Origin: Mobula hypostoma
Lineage: Eukaryota
NCBI RefSeq assembly: GCF_963921235.1
Contig: NC_086101.1
Location: forward strand, 11,596,001 to 11,660,000
Direction: 5' to 3'
Length of the DNA: 64,000 nucleotides
Shown here: in pieces, positions 38,281 through 50,852 of the stretch
How the letters are laid out: every line of letters begins with the position of its first letter
Numbering within the stretch: position 1 is the first letter of the stretch
Position numbers and translations under genes: made by a program
Notes under the pieces: generated by a model
Seen by the model: the letters and a program-made list of their open reading frames with translations, nothing else
What the model was told of the DNA's origin: nothing
Databases searched by the model: none

Positions 38281-38812
38281 GTAAGTTTAATGGCTATAAA
38301 ATCACTGTTACAAGCATAATATGTAGTAGGGAAGGCATTGCCGAGCTGGAGGGGGATGTGGGAAATATTTGAGGATGCTGCCTAGACCAGAGTGCCTGGA
38401 AAAGAGAGAGGGATAACCTCAAAGAAGTTTACAGAAGGTGAAATGTTTTTTCCCCAGACTTGGAGAGTCCAAAACTAGAAAAAAGATACAAGAGGGGAAA
38501 GACTTAGAAGAGACATGAGGGGTAACTTGTTAACACGGAGCTACCAGAGAGAGTGATCGAAGTGGGTGTAAGTGGAGCATGTAAGTGGCATTTGGATAAG
38601 TACATGGAGAGGAAGGGCTTGGATGGTTTTGGGCTGAACAAGGGCAGCAGGACTACTAACTGGTCAGAATGAGGACATCCAGTAGGGCTGGAAGACCTCA
38701 GTCTCTGCCTTTATAACTAAACAAACTACTGCGAAACTAAGGATTACTATCTTTGTTATCTGTGGTCACCCATAGTCAGTGGATCTTTGGAACATGCTAC
38801 CCAAGAGTGCTG

Positions 38813-39009
38813 ACAACAGGAATTCTGCAGATGCTGGAAATTCAAGCAACATACATCAAAGTTGCTGGTGAACGCAGCAGGCCAAGCAGCATCTATAGGA
38901 AGAGGCGCAGTTAGTCCTGACGAAGGGTCTCGGCCTGAAACGTCGACTGCGCCTCTTCCTATAGATGCTGCTTGGCCTGCTGCGTTCACCAGCAACTTTG
39001 ATGTATGTT
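38813..39009 (+). mobile_element. Palindromic Penelope pLTR mini-element with central hammerhead (38913-38948)
   Basis: Perfect 64-bp inverted arms 38848-38911 / 38946-39009; TSD ACCCAAGAGTGCTG (38799-38812, 39010-39023). Confidence 0.85.
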
Positions 39010-39808
39010 ACCCAAGAGTGCTGTGCAGGTTTGGTCTCTGGGTATGCTTGTCAGAATCAGATTTAATTTCATTGGCATATTTTGTGAAATCTGTTTTAAG
39101 GCAGAGGTTGACAGTTATTTTTCTAGGGGTGTGAGCACAAGGAAGTAATAGACTTAGACATTAGACTTAGACATACTTTATTGATCCCGAGGGAAATTGA
39201 GTTTCGTTACAGCTGCACCAACCATTGGCTTTGACCAACCAATTGGCCAACCAATTCTTGGCTCTATAAAGGGTTGGTCAGATAGCATGGAGTATTGCAA
39301 GCAGTTTTGGGCTCCTTGTCTAAGAAAGGATGTGCTGATGTTGGATAGGGTCCAGAGATGATTAATGTAGGAAGAGTGTTTGATGGCTCCAATCCTGTAC
39401 TCACTGGAGTTTAAAGAATTTATGGGGATCTCATTGAAACCTACCAAATTTTGAAAAGTCTAGTTAGAGTAGGGGTGCAGAGAATGTTTTCAGTCGTGGG
39501 AGGGTTTAGGACTGGGGTGGGGAGGAAACACAGCTTAGAATAGAAGGACATCCCCCTAGAACAGAGTTGAAGAGGAACTCCTTTCGTCAGAGGATGATAA
39601 ATCTGTGAAATTCATTGCCACAGATGGCTATGCATGTCAAGTCATTGGGTATATTTAAAGCAGAGGCTTTCAGGCTGTTAGTTAGTAAGGCTGTCAAAGG
39701 CTATGGGTAAAAAGCAGCAGAATGAGATTGGGAGGGAAAATAAACCAGCCGTGATCAAATGGCCTAATTCTGATCCGGTGTTCTATCGTCTTATAAGAGT
39801 CCAGCTTG

Positions 39809-39909
39809 GCGGGTGGAGATACATCTCTACCAAAGGAGATGTAAGGTGCTCCTTCCCTCAGCTGCCTGCAGGTCACCCTTGGGCAAGGTGTAGCACCTGC
39901 TTCATGCCC
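39809..39909 (+). ncRNA. Degenerate HDV-like ribozyme in an RTE-type 5' fragment
   Basis: GGGTG/CACCC P1, CCT/AGG P3, L3 starting TCC, GGGCA J1/4, AGGTG-TAG-CACCT P4, then GCTT; P2 weak. Confidence 0.4.
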
Positions 39910-40154
39910 ACCCCCCTGGATATCAGAGTCCTGGTTATGTGACCAGTGACGTCAGGCAGACAATCTCATTCCCACCTCCTTCCTTCTCTTTCTCCATTCC
40001 CCATTCTGGTCACTCTCTTCTCGGTGTCCTGCCTCCTGCCCTTTCTTCCATGGTCCACTCTCCTCTCCTATCAGATTCCTTCTCCATTTCCACCTACCCT
40101 GTCCAAGCTTCCTATTTCATTCACCTTCCCCCTCACCTAGTTTCACTGATCACC

Positions 40155-40895
40155 TGCAACACACACAAAATGCTGAAGGAACTCAGCAGGTTGGGCAGCA
40201 TCTACAGAAATGAAGAAACAGTCAACATTGAAGGCCAAGACCCTTCACCAGGACAGGAAAGGAAGGGGAAAGAAACCAGAGTAAGAGGAGGAGAAGAAGA
40301 ACAAGCTAGAATGTGATAGGTGAAGCCAGGTGGGAGGGGGAGGGAGATGAAATAAGAAGCTGGGAGGTGATAGGTGAAAAGGCTGCAGAAGAAGGAATCT
40401 GATTGGGGAGTGGGAAAGGGAAGGAGGAGAGATACCGGGGGAGGTGATTGGCAGGTGAGGAGAAGAGAAAAGGTAAGTGGGGGAAGACAGAGTAGGGATT
40501 TGAAGAAGACAAAAGGCCAATGGGGGAAAGTTAATGGTCATTGGAGAAATCGATGTTCATGCATCAGGTTGGAGGTTACCCAGAAGGAACATGAGCTGTT
40601 GCTGTTTAACCTGAGGGAGGCCTCATTGTAGGAGTAGAGGAGACCATGGACCAACATGTTGGAATATGAAGGGAGATAGGAATTAAAATGCTTGGCCACT
40701 GGGATATCTTGCTTTTTGCAGATGGAGTGAGGTGTCAACAAAGCTGTCCCCCAGTCTATGTTGGGTCTCACCAATGTTAGAGGAGACTATGGTGCGAGCA
40801 GCAGATACAGTAAATGACCCCAGTAGATTCACAGGTGAAGTGTTGCTGCATCTGGACGGGCTGTTTGGGGCCCTGAATAGATGTGAGGGAGGAGG
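40155..40895 (-). mobile_element. Penelope-like element GIY-YIG and 3' region with degenerate hammerhead (~40220-40256)
   Basis: DIPVAKHFNS...HGLLYSYNEASLRL; pLTR-like end. Confidence 0.75.
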
Positions 40896-41153
40896 TAAAT
40901 CACCTCGAACCTGCCAGTTTGTACTCCTTACCCTTCCACTATCTTCTTGTTCTGGTTTCTTCTCCCTTCATTTCCAGTCCTGATGATGAGTCACAGCCAA
41001 AAATATTGACTGTTTATTCCCCTCCGCCCCACATAGATGCAGCCTGACCTGCTGAGTTCCTCCAGCTTTATGTGTGTGTTACTCAAGATTTCCAGCATCG
41101 GCAGAATCTCTTGTGTTGATGATATAAATCCAAGTCTTGATGTCTTTCCTCAG

Positions 41154-41387
41154 GAGCGAACTAATGTGGCGGAGAAACAGGTTAAGGAAACATTTGACAA
41201 ACTTCGTCAGTTTCTCTGTAAGGAGGAGAGAAAGGCTTTGCGAAAATTGAAACAGGAAAAGAAGAAAAAGTGTCAGGCAACGAAGGCAAAAATCGAGAAG
41301 ATAACTGAAGAAATTGCATCACTTTCTGCCACCATTCAGGAGCTTGAACAGAAGCTGAGTGAAATGGACGAAGTCAACTTTCTAAGG
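41154..41387 (+). CDS. TRIM-B exon 3 (234 bp, coiled coil)
   Basis: cctcAG|GAG CGA...CTA AGG|GTagga; ERTNVAEKQVKETFDKLRQFL...DEVNFLR. Confidence 0.92.
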
Positions 41388-41497
41388 GTAGGAGTTACTG
41401 GCTTCCTTTCCAGTTAAAGCGGTGGGGAAGGGATTGCTGCTCAAAGTGCCAGTCTCCCAGGTTCCAGCCTGACCTATGGTGAAGTTCACCATTTCTC

Positions 41498-41800
41498 GGG
41501 GGTGGCAGTTAGCGCATCACTTTACCGTACCAGCAAACACCAACTGGTGTTCAATTCCCGCCGCTGTCTGCACGGGCATTGTACATTCACCATGTGACCA
41601 GGTGGGCTTCCTCGGGCTGTTCCAGTTTCCACCCACGTTCCAATGAGGTACAGGTTGGGGTTAGTAAGTTGTGGGCCTTCTATATGGGCAATACTTGCAG
41701 GCTGCCCCCAGCACAATCCTTGGACTGTGTTGGTCGTTGACACAGTTGGTCTGTTTTGATGTTTCAATGTGCATATGACAAATAAAGCTTATCTTTAATC
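41498..41800 (+). mobile_element. V-SINE (HE1-like); further copies at ~42347-42630, ~42842-43115, ~52955-53150, ~53370-53572
   Basis: tRNA-like head GTTAGCGC...GTTCAATTCCCGCCGCTGTCTG and V-domain GTTCTCCCC...GGGTTTCC...TTTCC.CCCAC. Confidence 0.7.
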
Positions 41801-42661
41801 TTTACCTTTTACTAAGTTAGACCAGGGCTTCCCAAACTTCTTTATGCCATGGACCCCTCCTCCAGACCCACTGTATTGCAATGAAGTCCACCTGCTTCAG
41901 GCGAACTAATTGCGTTTCCAATGACGAGTGGTTTTGTTTCATTCAACTACCAAAACCAAGCTAAATAAACCAACCAGAATTGAATGAATGTGGGTTTCTG
42001 CTGCTCACAGATGTCTGCACCAGGGAGGGGCCAATGCCCTCAGCAACAAAGAAATAAAGGAGAAAAAAAAGATGTTTTACTATTTTGTTTGGACACATGC
42101 AATTGGCATGGTTACATTTTAGCACTAATGTCCAAAAGTATGAGGTAGTTTGGTGTCTAAAACATGATATCCTGGATTATAAAGTAGAGAAATGTATTCT
42201 AAAATATAATTTCCATTTTTTGTAGTATTCAAAAAAAATGACTTGATGGGCTGAATGGCTTACTTTTGCTCCTATCTCTTATGGCCCTTGGCAGACTTCG
42301 CACTAGGGGATCTGGAGTCTACTCTGTTTTCTTAAATATTGTTTCCGAGACAGTAGCGTAGCAGGGAGTGCAACACTCCTACAGCTCGGGGCATCGGAGT
42401 TTGGAGTTCAGTTCCGGTGCCATCTATCAGAAGTTTGCACATCCATCTGGAAAGTACCTGGGTTTGCTCCGGGTCCTCTGGTTCCATTCCACTGTCCAAA
42501 GACGTACCAGCTAGTAGGTTAACTGATCATTGTAAATCGTCCTGTGATTAGGCTGGGGTTAAATGGAGGGAGGCTTAGTGGTGCGGCTCATTGAGCCAAA
42601 GGGCTTGATCTGCATTATATAATAAATAAAATCAATTTTTGTTCTTTCTTTCCTCTTGCAG

Positions 42662-42690
42662 GAATTGCCAGAAGCAGAGGAAGGCTACAG
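42662..42690 (+). CDS. TRIM-B exon 4 (29-bp mini exon)
   Basis: Long polypyrimidine tract ttgcAG|GAATTGCCAGAAGCAGAGGAAGGCTACAG|GTtagg; phase 0 to 2 keeps the frame. Confidence 0.75.
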
Positions 42691-43364
42691 GTTAGGTGTT
42701 TACTCTGAGTCTTTATTTTGTGTACAAATCTGGCATAAGTCCTCTCCTATCAGATTCCATCTTCTTCTGCCCTTTGCATCTGCCGGCTGTCACCTCCCAG
42801 ATTCTCACTTCACCCCCTCTCCCCCACCTGCCTATCCGTGGCAGGGGTTGCATAGTGATCAGCCAGATGCTACTACGGCGCCAGCTGTTAGATTGGCGTT
42901 CGATTCCTGCCTCTGTCCGTAAGGAATGTGTATGTCCCTGTGACGTTGTGGATTTCCCTCGGATGCTTCAGTTTCCTCCCACATTCTAAAGCTGTACAGG
43001 TTCGAGTTAGTGTGCTATACTGGTGTGGAACATAGCAATACATTCTGCCCAGCTGATTTCATTCTATACAAATTATGCATTTCACTGTATGTTTCAATGT
43101 ACTTGTGAGAAGTAAAGGTCTTCTTTCCACCATTCCTCTTGTCTCATCTATCGCTTTCAACTTTTGCTCCTCCCCCTCCCCCATTTTTTTATTCTGGTTT
43201 CTGCCCCTTTCTTTCCAGTGAAGGGCTCAACTGTAAACGTCCACTGTTCATTTCCCTACACAGACACTGCCTGACCTACTGAAGTTCTTCAGCACTCAGT
43301 GCGTTGCCGCAGATTCGCAGCATCTGCAAATTTCATGTAGTTCACTAGTGATCTCTTCTTACAG

Positions 43365-43480
43365 AGTGAAACGAGCTGCCAACAATCCCGTCAAGGCTTG
43401 TCCCGTGGTAAATGTGGGGAACTCCATTGCTTCTCTCCAGTACAGTGTCTGGAAGAAGATGCTGACCGTGATCAATACAG
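43365..43480 (+). CDS. TRIM-B exon 5 (116 bp)
   Basis: ttacAG|A GTG AAA...AAT ACA G|GTatg; VNVGNSIASLQYSVWKKMLTVINT (pre-PRY LQY.VWK.M motif). Confidence 0.9.
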
Positions 43481-43861
43481 GTATGTGTCGCAGAAGCAAA
43501 GTATCCTTCCCAGCATCGGAGAAAACATTCCACACATCCTGAAGGCTTAGGAGGCCATTTCAACCAGGTGCTGCAAGGCTGGCTCACAGAGCAATCCCAC
43601 TGGCGGCCTACTTCCTCTGCAACCTATTCTCACCATATTTCTATAGATTTCCCTGAGATTCTACCACTCAGCTACACACAAGGAGTAACTTGTAATGGTC
43701 AATGAGGTTACCAACCAGATGCAATGATTCTGTCCAAAACATGGACAATTCCTTTCTCTCCTCCCCTCCCACCCCCTCATCCCCATGAATGCTGCTCGAT
43801 CTGATGAGTTCCTCTAGCAGATTCTTGGTTGCTCCAGACTGCAGCATCTGCAGTCTCCACT

Positions 43862-45300
43862 ACAGCATAGGACTTAGGAGCAGAATTAGGCCATTGGCCT
43901 ATCGAGTCTGCTCCATCATTCAACATGGCGGATCCTTTTTTTCCCTTCCTCAGCCCCACTGCCCGGCCTTCTCCCCACAGCCTTTGCCATGGCCAATCAA
44001 GAACCCATCAATCTCTGCTTTAAATACACCCAATGACCTGGCCTGCACAGCTGCCTGTGGTAACAAATTCCACAATTTCACTACCCTCTGGCTAAAATAA
44101 TTTCTCTGCATCCGTGTTTTAAATGGACGCCCCTCTCTCCTGAGGCTGTTCCCTGTTGTCCCAGACTCCCCCACCATGGGAAACATCCTTTCCACATCTA
44201 CTCTGTCTTAGGCCTTTCAACATTTGAAAGGTTTCAATGACAATGATAAGGTTTCCCTTATCCTTCTAAATTCCAGTGAGTACAAGCACAGAGTCATCAG
44301 ATGATAATCATTTCATTCCCAGAATCATCCTTATGAAACTCCTCTGAACCCTCTCTAATGCCAGCACATCTTTTCCTAGATAAGGAGCCCAAAACTGTTC
44401 TCAATACTCAAGGTGAGGCCTCATTAGTGTCTTATAAAGCCTCAGCATCACATCCCTGCTTTTATATTCTAGACCCCTTGAAATGAATGCTAACATTGCA
44501 TTTACCTTCCTCACCGCTGACTCTACCTGCAAGGTAAGCTTTAAGGTGTTCTGCACAAGGACTCCCAAGTCCCCTTGCATCTCAGATTTTTGGATTTTCT
44601 TCCCATTTAGAAAATAATGTGCACATTTATTTCTTCTACCAACATGCATGACCATGCATTTTCCAACATTGTATTTCATTTGCCACTTTCTTGCCCACTC
44701 TCCTAATCTGTCTAAGTCGTTCTGCAGTCTTCCTGTTTCCTCAACACTACCTGCCCCTCCACCAATCTTTGTATCATCTGCAAACTTGGCAAAAAAGCAA
44801 CATCTATTCCATCACCTAAATCATTGATATACAGCATAAAAATAACTGGTCCAACACCAACCCCTGCTGAGCACCAGAAAAGGCAGCCAACCAGAAAAGG
44901 ATCCTTTTATTCCCACTCACTGCCTCTTACCAATCAGCCAATGCTCTAACCATGCTAGTAACTTTCCTGTAATACCATGGGCTCTTAATTTGGTAAGGAG
45001 CCTCATGTGTGGCAGCTTGTCAAAGGTCTTCTGAAAATCCAAATGTACAACATTCACGACAACCCCTTTATCTGTCTGACTTGTAACCTCCTCAAAGAAT
45101 TCAACAGGTTCATCAGGCAAGAATTTCCCTTAAAGAAACCATGCTGACTTTGTACTATTGTGTCCCGTCACCAAGTACTCCATGACCTCATACTCAAGAA
45201 TTGACTCCAACATCTTCCCAACCACCGAGGTCAGGCTAACTGGTCCATAATTTCTTTTCCGCTGCCTCACTCGTTTGCTAAAACATGGAGTGGCAATTGC
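43862..45300 (-). mobile_element. CR1 LINE RT and 3' portion, closely related to the 7776-9795 copy
   Basis: NYGPVSLTSVVGKMLE, HLDFQKTFDK, KYNVGKCMVMH, RPHLEY. Confidence 0.88.
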
Positions 45301-46629
45301 CTCGTGTGCCTCCACTTGACTTTGGGGGGATGGGAGGAAAATCCAAGCAGTCAGGTGGAGGTGGAACCTACACTCCCCGCACAGAGATACTCGAAGGTCA
45401 GAACTGGAGCCATGAGGCAGCAGCAGGACCTGATCCACAATTGTTCCATGTGCTCAACTAACCAAATCACACTGGGTGTAACTTACTCACTGCAGCAGAG
45501 CAAGAGGTGATTGAGCCCTTGGTAGCTCCCAACAGAGAGGTCCCATTGCCCTTCCATTTTCATCAGCTTATTCTTGGTCATATCCTGACCAACTTGTCTT
45601 TGATGACTTTGCCACTTACCTCACTAAGGGTGGTGAGAAAAGTGAGTAAAGAAATCTTCTATTTGACCATGAGATACTGGAGCCCATTGTGTCTGCTCCA
45701 CCATTCCACCATGGCTGATTTATTTTCCCTCTCAACCCTATTCTCCTGCTTTCTTCCTCTAACCTTTGACACACCCTTACTGATCAAGAACCTATCAACC
45801 CCTGCTTTAAATATACTCAGTGACTTGGCCTGCACAGCCGTGTCTGGCAATGATTTCTACAGATTCACCGTTCACTGACTAAAGAGGTTCCTCCTCATCT
45901 CTGTTCTAAAAGGATTCTGAGATTGTGCTTCCTAGTCCTAGCCTTCCACACTGTTGGAATCATTCTTTCCACATCCACTCTATCTAGGCTTTTTAATATT
46001 TGATATTCCCTCTTCCCCCTCCCCCCACCATTCTTCTAAGCATGAGATCGTGGAATCTGTGTATCTATACTCACAAAAGTTTGTACATTCTATGTTTCAA
46101 CATAGAATCTTTAACACTTTCTGTTTACTCTATATGCTGAGCAAGTTCCTTCCACAGGAAATCCTGCTCAAATCTAAAATGTACACCTACGTGAACTATT
46201 TTGTTCTTCAGTACTTTTCTTTCCTGAAATAACATTGCCTCCTGGCTTTCAAGAGTTTTATCATACCACACAGCTAACTGAGCAAACTTTTTATGACCAT
46301 ATTACCCCATGAGCCCCAGCACATCCTTGTGTTGGTCATTGACGCTAACAATTTGCTTCACTCTATGTTTTCATATACATGTGACAAGTAAAGCGATTCT
46401 TTAATTTTTAAATGAAGTAAAAATTCAATTAATCTTTAAGTTCCTGTTGAAGTGGTTTCCACTGTCTTTTAAGTTTATTCTAAATCTTTTTCTCTTCCTC
46501 GAATACTCTTCCATGCCAAACTGGTGAATTGCGGAGAGGAAGATGAGGAGAGGCTGGCATTCCTGTTTTGTATACCTGCTTCCTCTCAGTGCTATTGTGT
46601 CACACACAAGCACCAAGACGATATATTTC

Positions 46630-46780
46630 CTCCATCCTTTCCAGTCCTGATGAAGGGTCTCAGCCCAAAACATTGACTGTCTACTTCCCCTCTATAGACA
46701 GTGCCTGACCTGCCGAGTTCCTCCAGCAGTTTGTGTGTTCAGCTCTATTTTCAGCATCTGCAGAATCTCTTGTGTTTGTA
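46630..46780 (+). mobile_element. Older pLTR-only insertion with degenerate hammerhead
   Basis: CAGTCCTGATGAAGGGTCTCAGCCCAAAACATTGACTG...CAGCATCTGCAGAATCTCTTGTG. Confidence 0.7.
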
Positions 46781-46908
46781 TTAGGACTGACACAGAGGCA
46801 TTTCCTCCATTAGCCTCACTGCTGAATGCCTGGCATGACCTATTTTCTAGCCTTCAAATTTTACGAATGCACACAAAGTCAGTCCATTACCAGAGCTATA
46901 GATTCTGA

Positions 46909-47743
46909 GGCTACGTCCACACTAGACCGGATAAATCCGTAACCGAAGCCTTTTTCTCTTCATTTTGACCCTCCGTCCACACTGAAACGGCATTTTCCTC
47001 CCCTGAAAATGGAGATTTTCAGAAACGCTCTCCAGAGTGAACAAACCTGAAAACACCTAATATCCGGCGTAGTGTGTACGGGGTAACCGGCTATTTTTAA
47101 AACCGCTGTCATGACGTGCCGGAACAAATGGTGGCGGCAACACGGCATTTCATTGTTTTCTTGAACGCAACCTCCAACACAACAATATCTGACAATAGGT
47201 GTGTAACAGCCTAGTGTAACATTGTATGGAAATACAAGATAACACCGATGCAGACATGTTTTATATATTTAACAAGGTGCTTTATTAATGTGTTGCTTGG
47301 GCAAACATTCAATAGATGCAATTGTCACTTTTGCCCAGTAACTAACAAGCCTTATTGCATTTAGTTGTAGCTGTCGTCCCTTTCATCGGTGAAGAAACTA
47401 GGGCTGTAGGAAATATTTCTGGGCAAACACGCACTAAGTCTTTCATTTGGCACTTTCCTTTTAAGTTTTTCTAGTCTGTAACTGAACAAACGCACACCAA
47501 GTCTTTCATTTGGCAATTTCCTTTTAAATTTTTCTAGTCTGTAACTGGACAAACGCGCACCAAGTATACCGTTTCCTCTTCGCTTGTTTTCTGTGTCCTG
47601 CGCATGCCCAGTAGGAGGAGATTCGCCCAAATATTCATTTTAATGTGGACAGATGTATTTTTAAAAATGCCTAGTGTGAATGCCTGTCGTTTTTACATGA
47701 AACCGGCGTTTTCAAAATTATCCAGTCTAGTGTGGACGTCACC
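46909..47743. mobile_element. Non-autonomous PIF/Harbinger-like MITE
   Basis: TIRs GGCTACGTCCACACTAGACCGGATAA / TTATCCAGTCTAGTGTGGACGTCACC; TNA-type flanks (TGA/TCA); no transposase. Confidence 0.7.
47424..47565. repeat. 63-bp tandem repeat, about 2.3 units, inside the MITE
   Basis: Units start at 47424, 47487 and 47550. Confidence 0.85.
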
Positions 47744-48057
47744 TCAGTCTGTCCTGAAGGAATTGGGGATCACAGATTCAGTGACATTAGCAACATACTC
47801 ACCGAATGAAATGTGTGAATTAATTGAATGATATTCTTTTCATTGTGCCAAATCTTAACTCGTCTAAAATTATCACTTGTGGGACTCAGAAACGAGGAAA
47901 GTCAATGAATCCAATTCAATGGAAGTTGATGGTAATTGAAGAGCAAAAACATGCAGATTATGGAAGGCTAAACCACAGAAAGCATAGGGGATACGCAGCA
48001 GGTCAGGCAGCATGCATAGGTAGAGAAACAGAGCTAATGTTCATGATACCCTTTTAG

Positions 48058-50050
48058 AGCATAAGACACATGAGAAGAATCAGGCCATTCAACCCCTCGA
48101 GTCTGCTGCTTATTTGATCAGGACAGATTTACTTTCACTCTCAACCCCATTTCGGGTAGGTAAGGCTCATCAGCCGTGTTTGGCAGCTCACCTAAGAGAA
48201 GGAAAACTGATCTCCAACCTCCGCTGCCCTGGGACTATACCCACTCATGGGGAAGGTTTTGAGACCCCAAGGAAAATTCTAGAGCAGGAATTCCCAAGGC
48301 AGTCCTACATTGAGTTGAAGGCTGATCGGCAACACCTGTAATGCCACTGGTGCCAAACTGTATCAGGCTGCCATTGCTATGTGTTCGTCAGCTGCGTGGA
48401 GGGGGAGCCTTCCACGTGGGCAGCAGCTTGCACTCCGTATCGAACGACCCTGGCTTGCATATAACATAGGGAGCTAGGATGCAGTATCTGTAGTCGACCC
48501 CAACATTGGAGGGCCTCACTCAACCCCATTCTCCCATCTTCTCCCTAAAATCTTTGACACTCTTACTAATCAAAAATCTACCAACCTCCATTTTAACTAT
48601 ACCCAATGACTAAGCCTGTCCAGCCATCTGTGGCAATGAATTGAACAGATTTATCACTCTGTGGCTACAAAAATTCCTGATGTTGTAAATGGACATTCTT
48701 GTCTTCTGAGGCTCTCTGTGCCCTCTGGTTCTAGACTACTATTGGAAACATCCTCTCCACGTCCATTCTGTCTAAGTCTTTCAACATTCAATAGGTTTCA
48801 ATAAGATCCCTCTTTATTCTTCTAAACTCCAGTGAGTATTGGCCAAGAGCCATCAAACGCACCTCAGATATTTACCTTTTCATCCCCAGGATCATTACTG
48901 TTAACCTCCTCTGGACCTTCTCCAATACGTGCATATCCTTTCTCACCCAATATTTGGCCCAAGACTGCTCACAATATTCCAAATGCAGCCTTGGCCAATG
49001 CCTTACAAAGCTCAGCATTACATCCTTGCTCTTATGTGCTAGTACTTTTGAAATGACTGCTAACATTGCATTTGCCTTCCATACTATAGACACATCCTGC
49101 AAGTTAACCTTTAGGGAATCCTGCAGTAGGGACTCCCAAGTCCCTTTGCACCTCCAATCACTGAATTAACTTTCTGTTTAGAAAATAGACTCTGCCTTTA
49201 TTCCTTCTACCAAAGTGTATGACCATACACTTCCCTACACTGTATTCTATCTGCCACTTCTTTGCCCATTCTCCTTCTCTATCCAAGCCCTACTGTAGAC
49301 GGCCTGCTTCCTCAACACTACCTGCTCCACCACCTATCCACAGACTTGGCCACAAAGTCATCAATTTCATCTTCACAGGGAAAGAAAAAGAACCAGTGTT
49401 TCTGGTCAAGAAGTTATGATGGAACTAGTCATAAAGCTCTGCAGTAAAGAAACAGGCCTTTCAGCCCATCTTGTTTGTGTCAAACTGTTAATTCTGCCTA
49501 GTCCCATCGACACGCAATTACACCATAGCCCTCCATACCCCCCGCGTCCACGTGCCTATCCAAAGTTCTCATAAATGTCGAAATCGAACCCACATCCACA
49601 TTTCTACAAGCAGCTCATTCCACACACTCGGCACCTTATGAGTGAAGAAGATCCCCCTCGTATTCCCCTTAACACATGACCTCTAGTTCTTGTCTCACTC
49701 AATCTCAGTGGGAAAAGCCTGTTTGCACTTACCTTGTCTATATCCCTCATAATTTTATACACCTCTATCAAATCATCCCTCATTTTCCTACTCTTCAGTG
49801 TATGAAGTCCAATTCAACCTTTCCTTATAACTCAGGGCCTTAAACCCCAGCAACATCCTTGTAGATTTTCTCTGTACTCCTTAGTCTTACAGATACCTTC
49901 CCTGTAGGTAGGTGACCAAGACTGCATACAATACTCCAAAATTCAGCCTCATCAACGTCTTATTCAATTACAGCATGACTTCCCACCTCCTGCACTCAAT
50001 ACTGTGATTTATGAGGGCCAATGTACCCACTGCTCTCTTTACCACCCTAT
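48058..50050 (-). mobile_element. CR1 fragments (two adjacent 3' portions)
   Basis: KANAMLAVISK, LHLEYCEQSW, LEKVQRRLT; CR1-type 3' ends. Confidence 0.75.
48152..48518 (+). mobile_element. RTE-type non-autonomous element inserted in CR1
   Basis: 12-bp TSD CTCAACCCCATT (48140-48151, 48519-48530); RTE-UTR-like GGCAGCTCACCTAAGAGAAGGAAAACT motif. Confidence 0.6.
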
Positions 50051-50295
50051 CTTCGATGACTATCTCCACGGTCATTGATTGAAAATATTATCTCTTTTTT
50101 TTTCTCTATAGAAACTGCCTGACATACTATTTACATCACTTTTTAATTCTTGTAGCTGATGGTGATAAAGCCTTATTTGCACTTCTGACTCACTGGTTTA
50201 CACATCATGAGATTCTTTTATCATTTATCTTTGCCAAGTATGCATGTTCCATTAAGTAATGTTTCCTTGCATTTTGCTTTAATCCATGTCTCCAG

Positions 50296-50852
50296 CTCCT
50301 GTCATCTTGGACCCTTGTACTGCTCACCCTTATCTTCTGCTCTCCGAGGGGTTCAGCAGCGTCAGTCACACCATGCAAAGGCAGCAGCCGCTCCATGACT
50401 GCCCAGAGAGATTCGATCCATGCCTCTCTGTTCTTGGCTGCGAAGGCTACAGCTCAGGGAGGCACCACTGGGAAGTGGTGGTGGGCAGAAAGACGGAATG
50501 GGACTTGGGCCTGGCTGCAGAATCCATTAACAGGAAAGACGTCATTGACCTGAATCCAAGGAATGGATGTTGGCTCATAGCATTGAGGGATGGAAACCAA
50601 TACAGGGCTGCTACGGAGACATGGAAGCACTTAAATCTGCCGGTGAAACCCAAGAAGATTCAAGTCTGCCTGGATTATGAAGGAGGGAAGATTTCCTTTT
50701 ACAACGCAGATGACAAGACCCTTATCTTCACTTTCACTGACCGCTTCACCGAGAGACTCTATCCCTACTTTAGTCCGGGCCATAATGCTGGGGGAAGGAA
50801 TGCTGAGCCACTGATAATCTGTCCTCGAAGAGTAACAATTCAAGAAGAGTAG
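50296..50852 (+). CDS. TRIM-B exon 6: PRY-SPRY (B30.2) domain to stop
   Basis: ctccAG|CT CCT GTC ATC TTG GAC; LDPCTAHPYL, PERFD, SSGRHHWEV, WDLGLA, LDYEGGKISFYN, LYPYF; spliced CDS totals 1296 nt in frame. Confidence 0.95.

Noticed and set aside
41037..41153. N-terminal part of ORF 41037-41417
   Set aside because: pLTR-derived intron sequence before the exon 3 acceptor.
47424..47565. Possible CRISPR-like array
   Set aside because: Contiguous tandem units without unique spacers, eukaryotic context, no cas genes.
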